Of a stretch of 57,020 nt of DNA, positions 36,446 through 47,188 are shown piece by piece. The DNA is from a virus. Lineage: Duplodnaviria > Caudoviricetes. The notes under the pieces are model-generated. The model had not been told where the DNA came from. It ran no database searches and saw nothing but the letters and a program-made list of their open reading frames with translations. The position numbers were made by a program, and so were the translations under genes. The stretch's first letter is position 1. Every line of letters starts with the position of its first letter. The DNA lies in the IMG/VR virus record IMGVR_UViG_3300037762_000135, positions 1 through 57,020 of that record; one strand, 5' to 3'.

Positions 36446-39222
36446 ATATCAACGAATTGGATACTGACGAAAAGAGCGTGATGTTGGCGCGGCTGGTTAA
36501 TTGGGTACTGAAGTTTGAGCAAGAAGCGGCCGCAACTGAGTCACACTATTCCGTTTGGCAACAGGGAAATTTTGTCGGGGTCTGCCGAAACGGGGACCTC
36601 TACGACCCGCAAAACATGGCGCTGGCGTGGCGGGTGCTGAATTGGGCGTGCGCCAATCTTAAGGACACTAACACAAAAGGTTTTTGGTGTGGGGCCCAGG
36701 TGGAGCTGCGGGAATTTATCCTGTATAGCGAATTTGAAACAATGGAGCCAGGTGAAGCCCAACGCGCTTGGCTTGACAAGACTCTATCGCTTGCTATTGA
36801 TGCCGGATTGATTCAGATTGTAACAGCCGTAAAGGAACCCAAATGAAAACAAACATTCTTAAAGTCCTTGTAACCTTACTCGCTCTGATTCAGGGCAAGC
36901 GGCTGACTTCCAAAACGTATACCTACAATCCCGTATGGTTCGAGGACTTCAGCCGCTTCTTAGATGCTGTCGGTCTTACCGTCGCTACCGTGTTCACACC
37001 GTCGCAAGTGCGGCCGGGCCGCTATTATGTAACCCTTTCCGTGTCACTGTGAGCACGTAACCATGAGTGCGCAAATAAGATATAATGAGGCAATGGCTAA
37101 CATGACTGAAGGCGGCATGAGTAAGGACATTCGGGATGCGTTCGATAAGAACGTACCGCACCCTGGCAGACAAACGGCCGTCTCCGAATGGGACAAAATC
37201 CTCGAAGCTATCCTGACCCAATTTGCCAATCGGCCGGGAGACTTCAAAATCACCATAGCAGGCGAGGGTGAGACGTGGGAAGAACCACACTTCAACACGC
37301 AAATGATAATCCCGTTGGGAAAGTTGAGGACGATGAAACGATGAGCAAACGAAGGTTTGAAGTAGACTTCAACGAATACACCGCCGTGATTGAATTGGAC
37401 AGCGCCGTGATTGACGCCGTTACTGATGAATGGCGGACGGTTTTTTACCCGTCACTGAAAACCGCAGAAGACATAGCGGAACACGTTGCATACAACATGA
37501 TTGTAAACGACGCTAAACTATCGCAACTAGACGGCTGGGCAGACCAACCAGACAGCAATGCAAAGATTATTGTGTGGCCGGGTCTGGACAATTGGGATAC
37601 GGAGGCGCGGGAAATAACATGAAACTATCTGAATTAATTACGGCCGTGGGGGATGACAACATTATTTTCCAGACACTGGAAACTGATATGCATTCCGCCA
37701 ATATTTTTAAGAGTGAGGGGCGGGTGACATTCTGCACCTCTCCGCGAATGGTGGCAGATATGCTAAAAAGCGAACGCCAATATACGGGGCTTGTAGTTTG
37801 GATACCCAATGCACTTATGCCACCAGCGGCCGTAACGACAGAGGAAAGCCAATGAACGCAACGCAAAAAGCACTGAACGAATACGAAGCTAAGCCGGTGC
37901 AGGAATTGATATACAACGCGCAGCAGCTTGTATCTAGTCTCTGCCTGCATGGCCCAAAGCGCCATTGGGTAATGTCGGTTCCAGTAGAGCCAAGCGATAG
38001 CGACATTGTTTTGTCTGCTGCGCTAACGAAGGCAAGCGAACGCATCGCCGAACTTGAGCGGCAAAACGAAACGCTCAAAGGTCAGATAGTTGAGTATGAA
38101 GATACATGGCTTGCAATCAACAGAGAGATTGCGTTGCTGGAAGACTTCATGGAAAACGATGACACTTGGGAGAATGCAGACCCGGAAGATTTATACCAGT
38201 TTGACCCGTGGGCGTGCTTGCGTAAATCGCTGGAGTTTATGCAAGAGGCGCGGCGGCAAAACGAACTGCTGCGGGCGGTGGGCTACGCATCGGAAAATTA
38301 TTGGCTTGCGCTTGAGAATGTCGCGAGCCCGCAACTGATAGACCAAATGCAGATGAATCTTTACGAGGCAACACAAGCCGCCATCGACGGCGCGGCGCTG
38401 GAAACGGCCGTTTCCGAGGAGGTTCAACCGTGAGCAATATTTTTGATGTAGAAACTACGTATGAGATCAAGGTCTCGCCGCTGGTGAAACAAATCAATGA
38501 ACTCTGCCGGGAAAACGGAATACCGTTCGTGATGTCATTCGCGGTAGTTGGGCAGGGCGGCAATAACGAATTTATACTGAGAACGTCATCTGACCTGATC
38601 AAAAAAGGTCAATACCCGGCCGAGTTTGTGCGCTTTATTGACAGCATTATGGGCGGGCCGGAAACGGCCGTTTCCCAGGAGGCATCGTCGTGATTAAAGT
38701 AACCGTCGGGGGGAATAACGGTTCTGAATTATTGATAGACTATCAGCATGGGGTTGGCTTTACAGTGTTGCTTCCTGATAGAACGCAGCTTGATTTCAGT
38801 ATAGAGCCGCACGAGTGGGACCTGCTGAGAGAGTTTCTGGACAACCAGAGAGCGCTTGAAACGGCAGGAGGTGAGGCGTGAACAGCATACAAGAGTTAGC
38901 AGAAGCCGCAATTAAAGCAATAACCTACCAAAGCTCTATTCAGATTGATAGAGACCCGGTTTTGCAGCTGATTATTCCAATGAAGGGGAGCCGACAGCCC
39001 GAGACGTGTTTTTTGGCCGGTCGTAATTCGCCAAAGGGCCGGGTGCTGGCAGGGCACGGCAAAGAAAATGGCAAGCATATGATACTTGTTAATTTCGAGG
39101 CGTGGGATGTGCTGGCGTGGGCAATTGCTCATGGTGCCAAGGTGAGAGGGGTCTTACCTGATGGTGAAGTGATTGATCTCCACGAAACGGCCGTAACGAA
39201 CGAGGTAAGACATGGAAGTTGA
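36442..39222 (+). CDS. Array of small accessory genes (36442-36846, 36843-37052, about 37063-37344, 37341-37622, 37619-37855, 37852-38433, 38430-38693, 38690-38881, 38878-39222)
   Basis: Chain of (A/G)TGA overlaps with RBSs. Confidence 0.65.
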
Positions 39223-39396
39223 ACGAGAGCGCGAAAACATCAAAGCGTCTTACGGCCTGACTGATGAACAGCTGGACGAGCTGATAGATGTTGTGTACCG
39301 GTTCAACGCCTGCGGATTGAGAACGTCTCTGTATGATTTGCTAGACTTGGTTGCACGGCCGCATGTAAGATTTCCGAGTAGCTAACACCACGCCGC

Positions 39397-39426
39397 TAGA
39401 CACATAATGCCGTATTATGTTATGAT
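39397..39426 (+). promoter_or_regulatory. Promoter upstream of the terminase genes with operator-like inverted repeat
   Basis: TAGACA-18-TATGAT; ACATAAT-N5-ATTATGT at 39402-39420. Confidence 0.6.
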
Positions 39427-39497
39427 TGATACGAAACAAAGGAGCACATGACATGACAAAACGCGACGGGAGCATTGGGGGATAGGGTGACCTAAAA

Positions 39498-39851
39498 ATG
39501 TCCGATCTCAAGTGGACTGACGCAAAAGAAAAGGTGGCATTGTCTCTTGCAAGAGGCATGACGCAACAAGAGGCGGCGGACATTGGCGGCGTGACTGACA
39601 GAACGGTCCGCCGCTGGCTCGAGGTTCCAGAATTCAGCCAAGAGGTAGACCGCCTCTCTCATATGGTCGGCATATCCAGCCGCGCCGAACGATTGCGCAT
39701 TGCCAATCGCGTTATACGTCAGTTTGTAAAAGAAAACACCCCAACGATTGAAACAGAAAAAGACTTGCTAGATTGGCTTAAATATTCGCAGGGCGAGACG
39801 GATGGTGTGAAGCTCGACTTGCTAAACCTCTTGAATGACCGTAGCGACTAA
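39498..39851 (+). CDS. terS: Terminase small subunit (HTH)
   Basis: HTH (TQQEAA...GVTDRTVRRW); immediately before TerL. Confidence 0.75.
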   Translation: MSDLKWTDAKEKVALSLARGMTQQEAADIGGVTDRTVRRWLEVPEFSQEVDRLSHMVGISSRAERLRIANRVIRQFVKENTPTIETEKDLLDWLKYSQGETDGVKLDLLNLLNDRSD

Positions 39852-41190
39852 TTTACCCCCATCATTGAAGTACAAGTATTTATGGCCCGAGGCGGATAAG
39901 GCTGATGCTGCCGGGGCGTTGCAAACGGCCGTTACCTCTTCCTTCACCGTGCCCACAACCGACATTAACGCCGTCTATCTCCCCCACCTGGAAAACGAAG
40001 CCCGCGTACAAATTTTCTACGGAGGTAGCAGCTCGGGAAAGTCGGTGTTCCTGGCTCAGCGTGCCATCATTGACGTGCTGCTGAATACCCGTAACTATCT
40101 CATCTGCCGAAAGATTGCCCGTACGATTCGTAATAGTGTCTTCAAGGAAATCACCAAAATCATTGACGGCTGGGACTTGAACGGCCGTTTCAACGTCAAC
40201 AAGTCGGAGATGTCTATCACGGCAGACAATGGCTACCAGATTCTTTTTGCTGGCCTTGACGATGCGGAGAAGCTCAAAAGCATCACGCCACAAAAGGACG
40301 CCTTCACTGACGTTTGGATCGAGGAGGCCACGGAAAGCGATCCAGATGATATTAAGCAGCTGCTCAAACGGCAGCGCGGCGGGCGGGCTGATGTACCCAA
40401 GCGCCTGACGCTATCGTTTAATCCCATTCTACAGCTGCACCACATTTACCAGACGTATTTCGCGGCCGTTGCCTGGGCAGATGACCAGACAGAATACACG
40501 GCAGATGATGGCCGTTTGACCATCCTCAAAACGTGGTACATTCACAATAGGTTCCTGACACCTGATGACGTTTACGACCTGGAAAACGAAACCGATGAAT
40601 ATTTCAAGGACGTATACACTTACGGAAATTGGGGCGTTTTGGGTGATGTCATTTTCACCAATTGGGAAATGCGGGATTTGTCGGGGATGCGTAATGATTT
40701 TACCAATCATCGCTTTGGCCTAGACTTTGGATTCAGCGCAGACCCAACGGCCGTACCACTCACTCACTATGACCGGCCGAACAAAACCATTTACATTTAT
40801 GACGAACTGTATGAATATGCCGCGACCAACGACGTTCTAGCGGCAATGCTTAAGCCGCTTGTTGGTGGCTATCCGCTAAAATGCGATAGCGCAGAGGCTA
40901 AAAGCATCCATGAGTTGCGGCAATACGGCATTGCGGCAACGGGAGCCGTGAAGGGTAAAGATAGCATTTGGCACGGCATCCAATGGCTAAAGCAGCAGAA
41001 AATCATCATTGACAAGCGGTGCATCAATATTAAAAACGAGTTTCAACAGTACCAATGGTCGAAGGACAAGCACGGCAATTCGACAAATATACCTGTTGAT
41101 AAATTCAACAATGCGATTGACGCGCTCCGCTATGCCTACGAGCAGGACATGCGCGGCGAACGCAAAAAAGGACGTAGCCACCAATGGTAA
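39835..41190 (+). CDS. terL: Terminase large subunit, PBSX family
   Basis: YGGSSSGKS, WIEEATE, SFNP, GLDFG..DP and N.IDA.RYA. Confidence 0.95.
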   Translation: MTVATNLPPSLKYKYLWPEADKADAAGALQTAVTSSFTVPTTDINAVYLPHLENEARVQIFYGGSSSGKSVFLAQRAIIDVLLNTRNYLICRKIARTIRNSVFKEITKIIDGWDLNGRFNVNKSEMSITADNGYQILFAGLDDAEKLKSITPQKDAFTDVWIEEATESDPDDIKQLLKRQRGGRADVPKRLTLSFNPILQLHHIYQTYFAAVAWADDQTEYTADDGRLTILKTWYIHNRFLTPDDVYDLENETDEYFKDVYTYGNWGVLGDVIFTNWEMRDLSGMRNDFTNHRFGLDFGFSADPTAVPLTHYDRPNKTIYIYDELYEYAATNDVLAAMLKPLVGGYPLKCDSAEAKSIHELRQYGIAATGAVKGKDSIWHGIQWLKQQKIIIDKRCINIKNEFQQYQWSKDKHGNSTNIPVDKFNNAIDALRYAYEQDMRGERKKGRSHQW

Positions 41191-41474
41191 GCAATAAATT
41201 AATCACGCCAAATTATGATATGATTTATAAACGAGCTGCGCGGTATTTTCGGGCAAAGCTCAGGCTGACACGAACCCTTGATGTTACGGCCGTTCTGTGG
41301 GGTCAGTCCACCGGCTTACACGTGGCGCGAATCATTGGCACCGCAAACGGCCGTACTGTGCAGGTAGATGTGCCAATGACGCTTGAGGATTTGACGGACA
41401 ACCTACAGGCACACATAGAGCCAATTCAGGCGCGGGTGGCTGCGCTTTTCGAGGAGCAACAAGATGGCAACTGA
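41184..41474 (+). CDS. Hypothetical protein between terL and portal
   Basis: Overlaps both neighbours. Confidence 0.55.
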   Translation: MVSNKLITPNYDMIYKRAARYFRAKLRLTRTLDVTAVLWGQSTGLHVARIIGTANGRTVQVDVPMTLEDLTDNLQAHIEPIQARVAALFEEQQDGN

Positions 41475-42771
41475 TTTAGAACTGGCGGTGAACACACTCA
41501 AGTCAAAATCGAAACCGTACACTACGGCATGGAATTATTACGACGGCCCGCAGCCGATTAAATACAGCACCGACCGGTTGAAGGAAATCTTCAAAAATAT
41601 TAACGCACGATTCACGAATAACTGGATTGCCGTTGCTGTGGATGCCACCGTTGACCGTCTGGAACTGGAGCGCTTTTCGGTACTCGCCGCCAACGGTGAC
41701 GAAGACGAGGCGCTATCAGAGCGTCTAAACGACCTATGGACAGCTACCGAAATGGATGGAGACGAGGAAAGCCTAGAACAATCCGTAATGGTCACGGGCG
41801 AGGGCTACGCTGTTGTATGGCAGCAAGAGGGAGATGAGGGCGTGACGGTCACGGAATCTTACTATAACGACTCTCGTAATTGTCATATGTTCTACGAGCC
41901 AGACATGCCAAAGCGCAAAAAGTTTGCGGCAAAGTGGTGGCAGGATGAAAGCAATGTCTATTTCCTGACGCTGTACTATCCTGATAAACTTTACTACTTC
42001 AGTACATTTAAACCGGTGAAAAACGCCAGCGACATCAAACCGACGGCATTCAAGCCGCTTGACCCAGGCGAGGCGGACAATCCTTTTGGCTTCATCCCTG
42101 TGGCGCATTTCAGATACAGCAACCGCACGGTGACAAGCGCGATCATCAACCTCATCGAACCACAGGACGCATACAACAAGCTGCTCAATGACATGATGGT
42201 GTCTAGCGAGTTTGGCGCATTTAAGCAGCGCTGGGCCGTAACCAATGCCGACCTGAGTAACCTATCATCCGCGCCGCAGGTGGTGCAGGAGATACCGGCC
42301 AGCGACGGTATCAGCGAATCGACGCAGGTCGGCGAATGGACGGCGAATGAACCACGAACGTACACAGATGCGATGAATACTCAGGCGAATTTCATTGCCA
42401 TTGAAAGCAAGGTGCCGAAACATTATTTCTTCTCGCAAGGCGGCGCGCCATCTGGTGAGGCGCTGATTGCTTTGGAAGCTCCACTAAACAAGCGCTGCCA
42501 GAAAATCATATCCAAGCAGCTCTTGCCGGCGTATCAGGAATTGGCCCACATGCTGCTGCAACTTGACGGCGGAACGGCCGTAGAGCGCAATCAAATTGTG
42601 CCGGTGTTCTCGCGGCCGGAAACGGTTCAGCCGTTTACGCAAGCGCAGATTTACCAAACGCTAGCGGCAAGCGGCAACATGGAAGGCGCTGCCGAGATTG
42701 CGGGATTTACAGAATCACAGGTGCAAAAGCTGACGCAGATAGAGGCGTTTGGTGATGAGGTGCCACGATGA
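41464..42771 (+). CDS. Portal protein, SPP1 gp6-like
   Basis: YYDG.Q, N.I..AVD, NPFG.IP..F and SGEAL motifs. Confidence 0.9.
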   Translation: MATDLELAVNTLKSKSKPYTTAWNYYDGPQPIKYSTDRLKEIFKNINARFTNNWIAVAVDATVDRLELERFSVLAANGDEDEALSERLNDLWTATEMDGDEESLEQSVMVTGEGYAVVWQQEGDEGVTVTESYYNDSRNCHMFYEPDMPKRKKFAAKWWQDESNVYFLTLYYPDKLYYFSTFKPVKNASDIKPTAFKPLDPGEADNPFGFIPVAHFRYSNRTVTSAIINLIEPQDAYNKLLNDMMVSSEFGAFKQRWAVTNADLSNLSSAPQVVQEIPASDGISESTQVGEWTANEPRTYTDAMNTQANFIAIESKVPKHYFFSQGGAPSGEALIALEAPLNKRCQKIISKQLLPAYQELAHMLLQLDGGTAVERNQIVPVFSRPETVQPFTQAQIYQTLAASGNMEGAAEIAGFTESQVQKLTQIEAFGDEVPR

Positions 42772-44122
42772 AAAAGTTGATACATGTTGAACGGCCGCAG
42801 CACTGGAAGCTATTGGCGCAAAAGATGGCGCGCAACACGGACTGGGCTGCCCTTAACGTGGAAGATGACGCCTTTTGGTCACGGTGTGCCGACATTGCTG
42901 AAGTTGATCCGAATTGGATGGCTACGTATTTGGACGAAAAGACGCGGGAGGACGAGGTGCCACGATGACACTGCAAAAGCTGGCATACATTAGCATGATC
43001 GTCACAATGCTGTTGCTGCTCTTGTTGACGGCCGTTTCCTTGACAAGCCGGCCAGTCACGACCAACGATATGTACCAATCCGTTAACCAGGATACTGGTG
43101 TAATCTGTTTTATCTTGAGCAACGGCAACGGTATGAGTTGCTTGCCGCTAGACGATGTGAACCTTGACGATGTGAGGTTGCAGGGTGAGTAACATAGGAA
43201 CAGCAAACATTATTATCAAAAGATGGAAGACTCTTGAGATTTTCGAAGGCATCGATAATGTTCCTGTAAGTTTTGCACAAGGTGATGTTTTGGATTTGGC
43301 GTTTGTAATTGAGCAATTGCAAACTGAAAACATTAGGCTCAAGCATGAATTAAACTCGGCTCATAAGGAATCGTCTAAATGAAACGTAAGCGTTTGAACT
43401 TCAACCGATACACTGATGAGGATTTAGACCGCCTGTCAGAGGTGACAGAACAGGACATTGTGGACGCTCACCAAACGTTTGTGACGGCCGTTAGTAAGCG
43501 ATTCAAGAATCTGATACTGGCGGTGCGAGTGCAGTTGTTTGGAGATGACAATGTATAGCACAGTATTGCGATTTATTCGCTTTTTGGATAGAGAAGCGGA
43601 GACGAACATAGAGCGAAATTGCCGACGTGTTCTTAATTGGCTGGTTGGTGTTTTGGAGAGAGACAATGGAAAAAGTTAAACTAACAAAAGACAAAAACTG
43701 GTTTATTTTAGATTTGCCATATTGCACCTTTCGTTACTGGAGGAGATTTGCGCACTACGGATTTAGCGGGCGTAACCGCTTTACCCTTTGGCGCTTTGAG
43801 TTTATTTGGTATGGATACTAAGAGATTCGAGGGAGCATTTATGGGAATGGTTAACCCCAGCTTTGAGGACATTTTGAAAAACGCCTGGCTAAAAATGGAG
43901 GCGTTTTTGACAACAACGGGTATGATTCTTGCGACAAACGGAGATGGTAAGTTTTACGTCATTGAACCGCAGCATTACGGTGACTATGACATGTACAGAG
44001 ACTTGCTGGCTGATAGCGCGTTTAAGGCAATGATAAAAGCGTATGATGGGCTACCCTCGGGAAAGCAGCACGATGTTTGGTTTCTTTTTAACAGAATAGA
44101 CCAGCAATGCAACGGTAGATAA
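42768..44122 (+). CDS. Small inserted genes in the head module (42768-42968, 42965-43192, 43185-43382, 43379-43558, 43666-43821, about 43841-44122)
   Basis: Overlapping junctions; partly AT-rich. Confidence 0.55.
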
Positions 44123-44124
44123 TA

Positions 44125-44799
44125 ATGCCTAACGTGCCCAATATAACGCCTGACCCATTATTACCTGAGTACTTCTGGAACCAAGCAGCAGGGCGCTATG
44201 CAAGCCGTTCAAGCGGCCGTTTCGCTCCACAGCAAACCATCCGCCTGGAGCTGGATAACGTGATGGATAACATCACCGACAGCATGGTATCGCTCTCGCG
44301 GCAGTTCAGGAGTGGTGCCATTGACGGCCAGCGTTTCCAGGTGGAATCAATGAGGTTGATAAAGCAGGTGCACTTAACAAGTGCGGCAATGGAAAAAGGT
44401 GGGTGGAGCCAGTTAACGCAGGCAGATTTTGGGCGTGTCGGCCAGATAATTAGAGGTGAATACGCCTACTTCAACAACCTCATCAGCGAGATAGAATCAG
44501 GCAAGCAGAGATTGGACGGTTCGTTGGACGTTCGTATGAGGTTGTACGGTCAGGCCGGGAGAGGGACGTATCACAAGTTTGAGCGGGAGGATAGGGCCGC
44601 ACAGGGGTATGATGAGGAGCGCAGCATTTTACACGGCCGTGACCATTGCAAGGCTGGTAAAAGACCGGGGTGCTCCGAAGAAGCGGCAAAAATGTGGCAA
44701 CCGATAGGCACCTTGGCAATTGTGGGATCGAGGTCCTGCCTCTCTAATTGCCGTTGCTCGACGGTTTTCCGCCGATCCTCGACAGGCGAGATAATTTAA
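44125..44799 (+). CDS. Minor capsid / head morphogenesis protein (MuF-like)
   Basis: C-terminal HC..C...C.SNCRC; position after the portal. Confidence 0.7.
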   Translation: MPNVPNITPDPLLPEYFWNQAAGRYASRSSGRFAPQQTIRLELDNVMDNITDSMVSLSRQFRSGAIDGQRFQVESMRLIKQVHLTSAAMEKGGWSQLTQADFGRVGQIIRGEYAYFNNLISEIESGKQRLDGSLDVRMRLYGQAGRGTYHKFEREDRAAQGYDEERSILHGRDHCKAGKRPGCSEEAAKMWQPIGTLAIVGSRSCLSNCRCSTVFRRSSTGEII

Positions 44800-45685
44800 T
44801 TTTCCCCGTTTCTACTGGCCTGTGGCACAACTTGCATAAGCTAATTAGATTTGATGGTTTATTTGCCTTTTTATAATCACCATTAAATGACAATAGAGGT
44901 TCTATGTGATGAACATGCAAAGCTCCGACGGGGCCACCCTTCCCTTTAGAATAAACTCCACAAGCTTGACAAGTCCAGTTATCGCGCTTTCTAATATCTC
45001 TGGCTATTCTTTTCCAGTCTGGTCCATAATCTCGCTTTTTGCCTCCCGTCCAAAGCCAATGGTTTTGTCTCCTGTAAACAATAGACTGGCGTTTACTTCC
45101 GCATGTTCTAGAACAGCATATATCACCGTTAGAGGGAATAACAAAAAAAGACTTTTTACAAACGGGACACACCTTCTTTACCTTCTCTACCCAAAGCGGG
45201 TTTCCCTTTCCCCTCCTCTTTGTGCTAAAGGCTTTTGCCTGACATTTCTTAGAGCAATATCTAGATTTACGGCCGTTTGTAGCTTCAGCAAAAAACTTTA
45301 CTACCGTGTATTCCTTTTGGCATATTTCGCAAACAAGCTTAACGGTGCCGCTCTTGGTTTGGTGGTCACACTTGCATTTCTCGCTACAAAAGCGACGGCT
45401 TTCTCTGGATGGCTGAAGGCTCATTTTCTTATTACAGTTCTCGCAAAACTTCGTGATACGTTTACCCTTTGGGTAGGGCGTACATTCAGGGGAGCAAGAT
45501 ATTCTATCACCCCGAAACTCTTTGCCACAAGTTACGCAAGTTTTGGGAGGGTGCTTAATCTTCTTTTTAGCGTTGTTTCTATTGTGGCAGAGCCTAGAAC
45601 AAAATCGACTCGTTTCTTTTCTGCGCTCTTCTACTTCGTAAGCCTTGGAACATTCTTCACATGTTTTCTTGTACAATGTAGACAT
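44744..45685 (-). CDS. HNH endonuclease with multiple Zn-finger repeats
   Basis: Five C..C...(F/Y)CS..C units; RD..TCQ.CG..LHVHHI...N..SNLISLC..CH. Confidence 0.9.
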   Translation of the reverse strand: MSTLYKKTCEECSKAYEVEERRKETSRFCSRLCHNRNNAKKKIKHPPKTCVTCGKEFRGDRISCSPECTPYPKGKRITKFCENCNKKMSLQPSRESRRFCSEKCKCDHQTKSGTVKLVCEICQKEYTVVKFFAEATNGRKSRYCSKKCQAKAFSTKRRGKGNPLWVEKVKKVCPVCKKSFFVIPSNGDICCSRTCGSKRQSIVYRRQNHWLWTGGKKRDYGPDWKRIARDIRKRDNWTCQACGVYSKGKGGPVGALHVHHIEPLLSFNGDYKKANKPSNLISLCKLCHRPVETGKIKLSRLSRIGGKPSSNGN

Positions 45686-45815
45686 GTTATTCACCAATAA
45701 AAAACACCCCGTCAGCTACCGCGAATGTTGCCTAGACAATGCGAAGCTGACAGGGTGTCAGTATTGATTATATAGCGGTTTACTGCATTGTCTAGGCTAT
45801 GGTATTATACCATAG
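45686..45815 (-). ncRNA. Structured attenuator / antisense-type leader with extended -10 promoter
   Basis: TGGTATAAT; 13-bp match 45785-45797 vs 45730-45742; hairpin 45704-45717/45745-45758 plus U-tract. Confidence 0.75.
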
Positions 45816-45968
45816 AACGTGAGCTAATTACAGGAGAAACAATCTAATGATAGTATGGATAGTAATTGGTGTATGCGTAGGATTCTTTGGCGGCATGGTT
45901 GTAGGGTATCTGGCGTTTGACCCACGATTCGACAAGCAGCAGTGACGTAGCAGCAAACAGGACGTAAC

Positions 45969-46408
45969 ATGACACCACAAACAAATAGCACATTGAACGG
46001 CGCGGCATTACGGCCGGAACCAGAACTACCCAAACGAGCGGTGAACCTCGCCAGGCGCACACTGTCTGAGATGGCAAAGGGGAACGGCCGTATCATGATT
46101 GAAGTGATAGAAGCGCCCGACGGTTCTTGGCTGGTTTTTGTCGATGGCGGCAAGCGGGAGGTTTTGGGAAAGTGATTAAGTTCAATCAAAATTGGTTGTT
46201 TGATCAGCTGCTTTTCTTTGGATTCAGACTAGACATTTATACAGGCAGGAACGGAACGCTGCCAGGATTTGAAATAAGCAGGCCAAGAAAGTGTACTGGT
46301 TATGGCGAGCGGTGCGAGTGGTATGTTTTATCTGTATTCTTGCGGCCGTTTGATTGGAAAGTAAGAAAAGACAGGCATTACTATACAAGCGCAGATGACC
46401 TTGATTGA
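45969..46408 (+). CDS. Two hypothetical genes (45969-46175, about 46172-46408)
   Basis: RBSs, GTGA overlap. Confidence 0.5.
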
Positions 46409-46434
46409 CATATTTAGATACTATGATGTATGAT
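46405..46434 (+). promoter_or_regulatory. Promoter for the capsid operon
   Basis: TTGACA-18-TATGAT. Confidence 0.65.
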
Positions 46435-46496
46435 AGACATAATTAAATAGACGCGGCCGCACACCAGCGGTTTCGCGCCAGGAACATAAGACCCAC

Positions 46497-46533
46497 GGCG
46501 CTGTTTTGGAGAAATCCAGAGCAGCGCCTTTTT
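46497..46533 (+). terminator. Intrinsic terminator between the promoter and the scaffold gene
   Basis: 14-bp stem, GAAA loop, U-tract. Confidence 0.8.
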
Positions 46534-46574
46534 GTTTTTCCGATATTGGCGAGATGCCAGCAAAGCGAGATGCT

Positions 46575-47177
46575 ATGAAATTCATGAACCAGCTTTTTTA
46601 TGCGCCAGACAGTGACGGCGGCGCACCTGCCACCGCTGCCGATGCCACCAACGATACGGCCGTAACCGACCCACAAGGCCAGGAGCCAGGGGGGGAAGAA
46701 GAGGAAACGGCCGTAACATTTGACACGTGGCTAACGGCACAGGACGAACAGGTGCAAACGCTCATTAATGACCATTTAGGTGGCCTATCCAATGCGCTCA
46801 AGGCAGAGAGAGCCGAGCGCAAAACACTAACTAAGCAGCTGCGAGACGTGACTGCAAAGCTAGAGGATGGCAGCGACCTGAAGAACCAGTTAGACCGGGT
46901 GTCATCTGATTTTGACAGCCTGGAGCGTCAGGCGTCTTTTTACGAAGATGCGCACGCCGCCGGGGTCACGAATCTACGCCTGGCGTGGTTGGCAGCGCAG
47001 GACGGCGGACTTGTAAGCAAAACGGGCACGGTCGATATTGACAAGCTCAAGTTACAAGCGCCGGAACTATTTAAGAAAATGACAATACCGACGGGTAACG
47101 CCGGAAACGGCCGTGTACACAATCCGCAACCGGATGATATGAATCAAATCATCCGGCGGGCGGCGGGTCGGACATAG
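46575..47177 (+). CDS. Capsid scaffolding protein
   Basis: Acidic N-terminus, coiled coil, MN..IRRAAGR end; precedes the capsid gene. Confidence 0.8.
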   Translation: MKFMNQLFYAPDSDGGAPATAADATNDTAVTDPQGQEPGGEEEETAVTFDTWLTAQDEQVQTLINDHLGGLSNALKAERAERKTLTKQLRDVTAKLEDGSDLKNQLDRVSSDFDSLERQASFYEDAHAAGVTNLRLAWLAAQDGGLVSKTGTVDIDKLKLQAPELFKKMTIPTGNAGNGRVHNPQPDDMNQIIRRAAGRT

Positions 47178-47188
47178 GAGATTAGCAA

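Noticed and set aside
39453-39485. Mini-ORF MTKRDGSIGG with a good RBS before terS, starting like the 11426 HNH (MTKRDG)
   Set aside because: Codons differ and the match is six residues; probably chance, although a leader peptide cannot be excluded.
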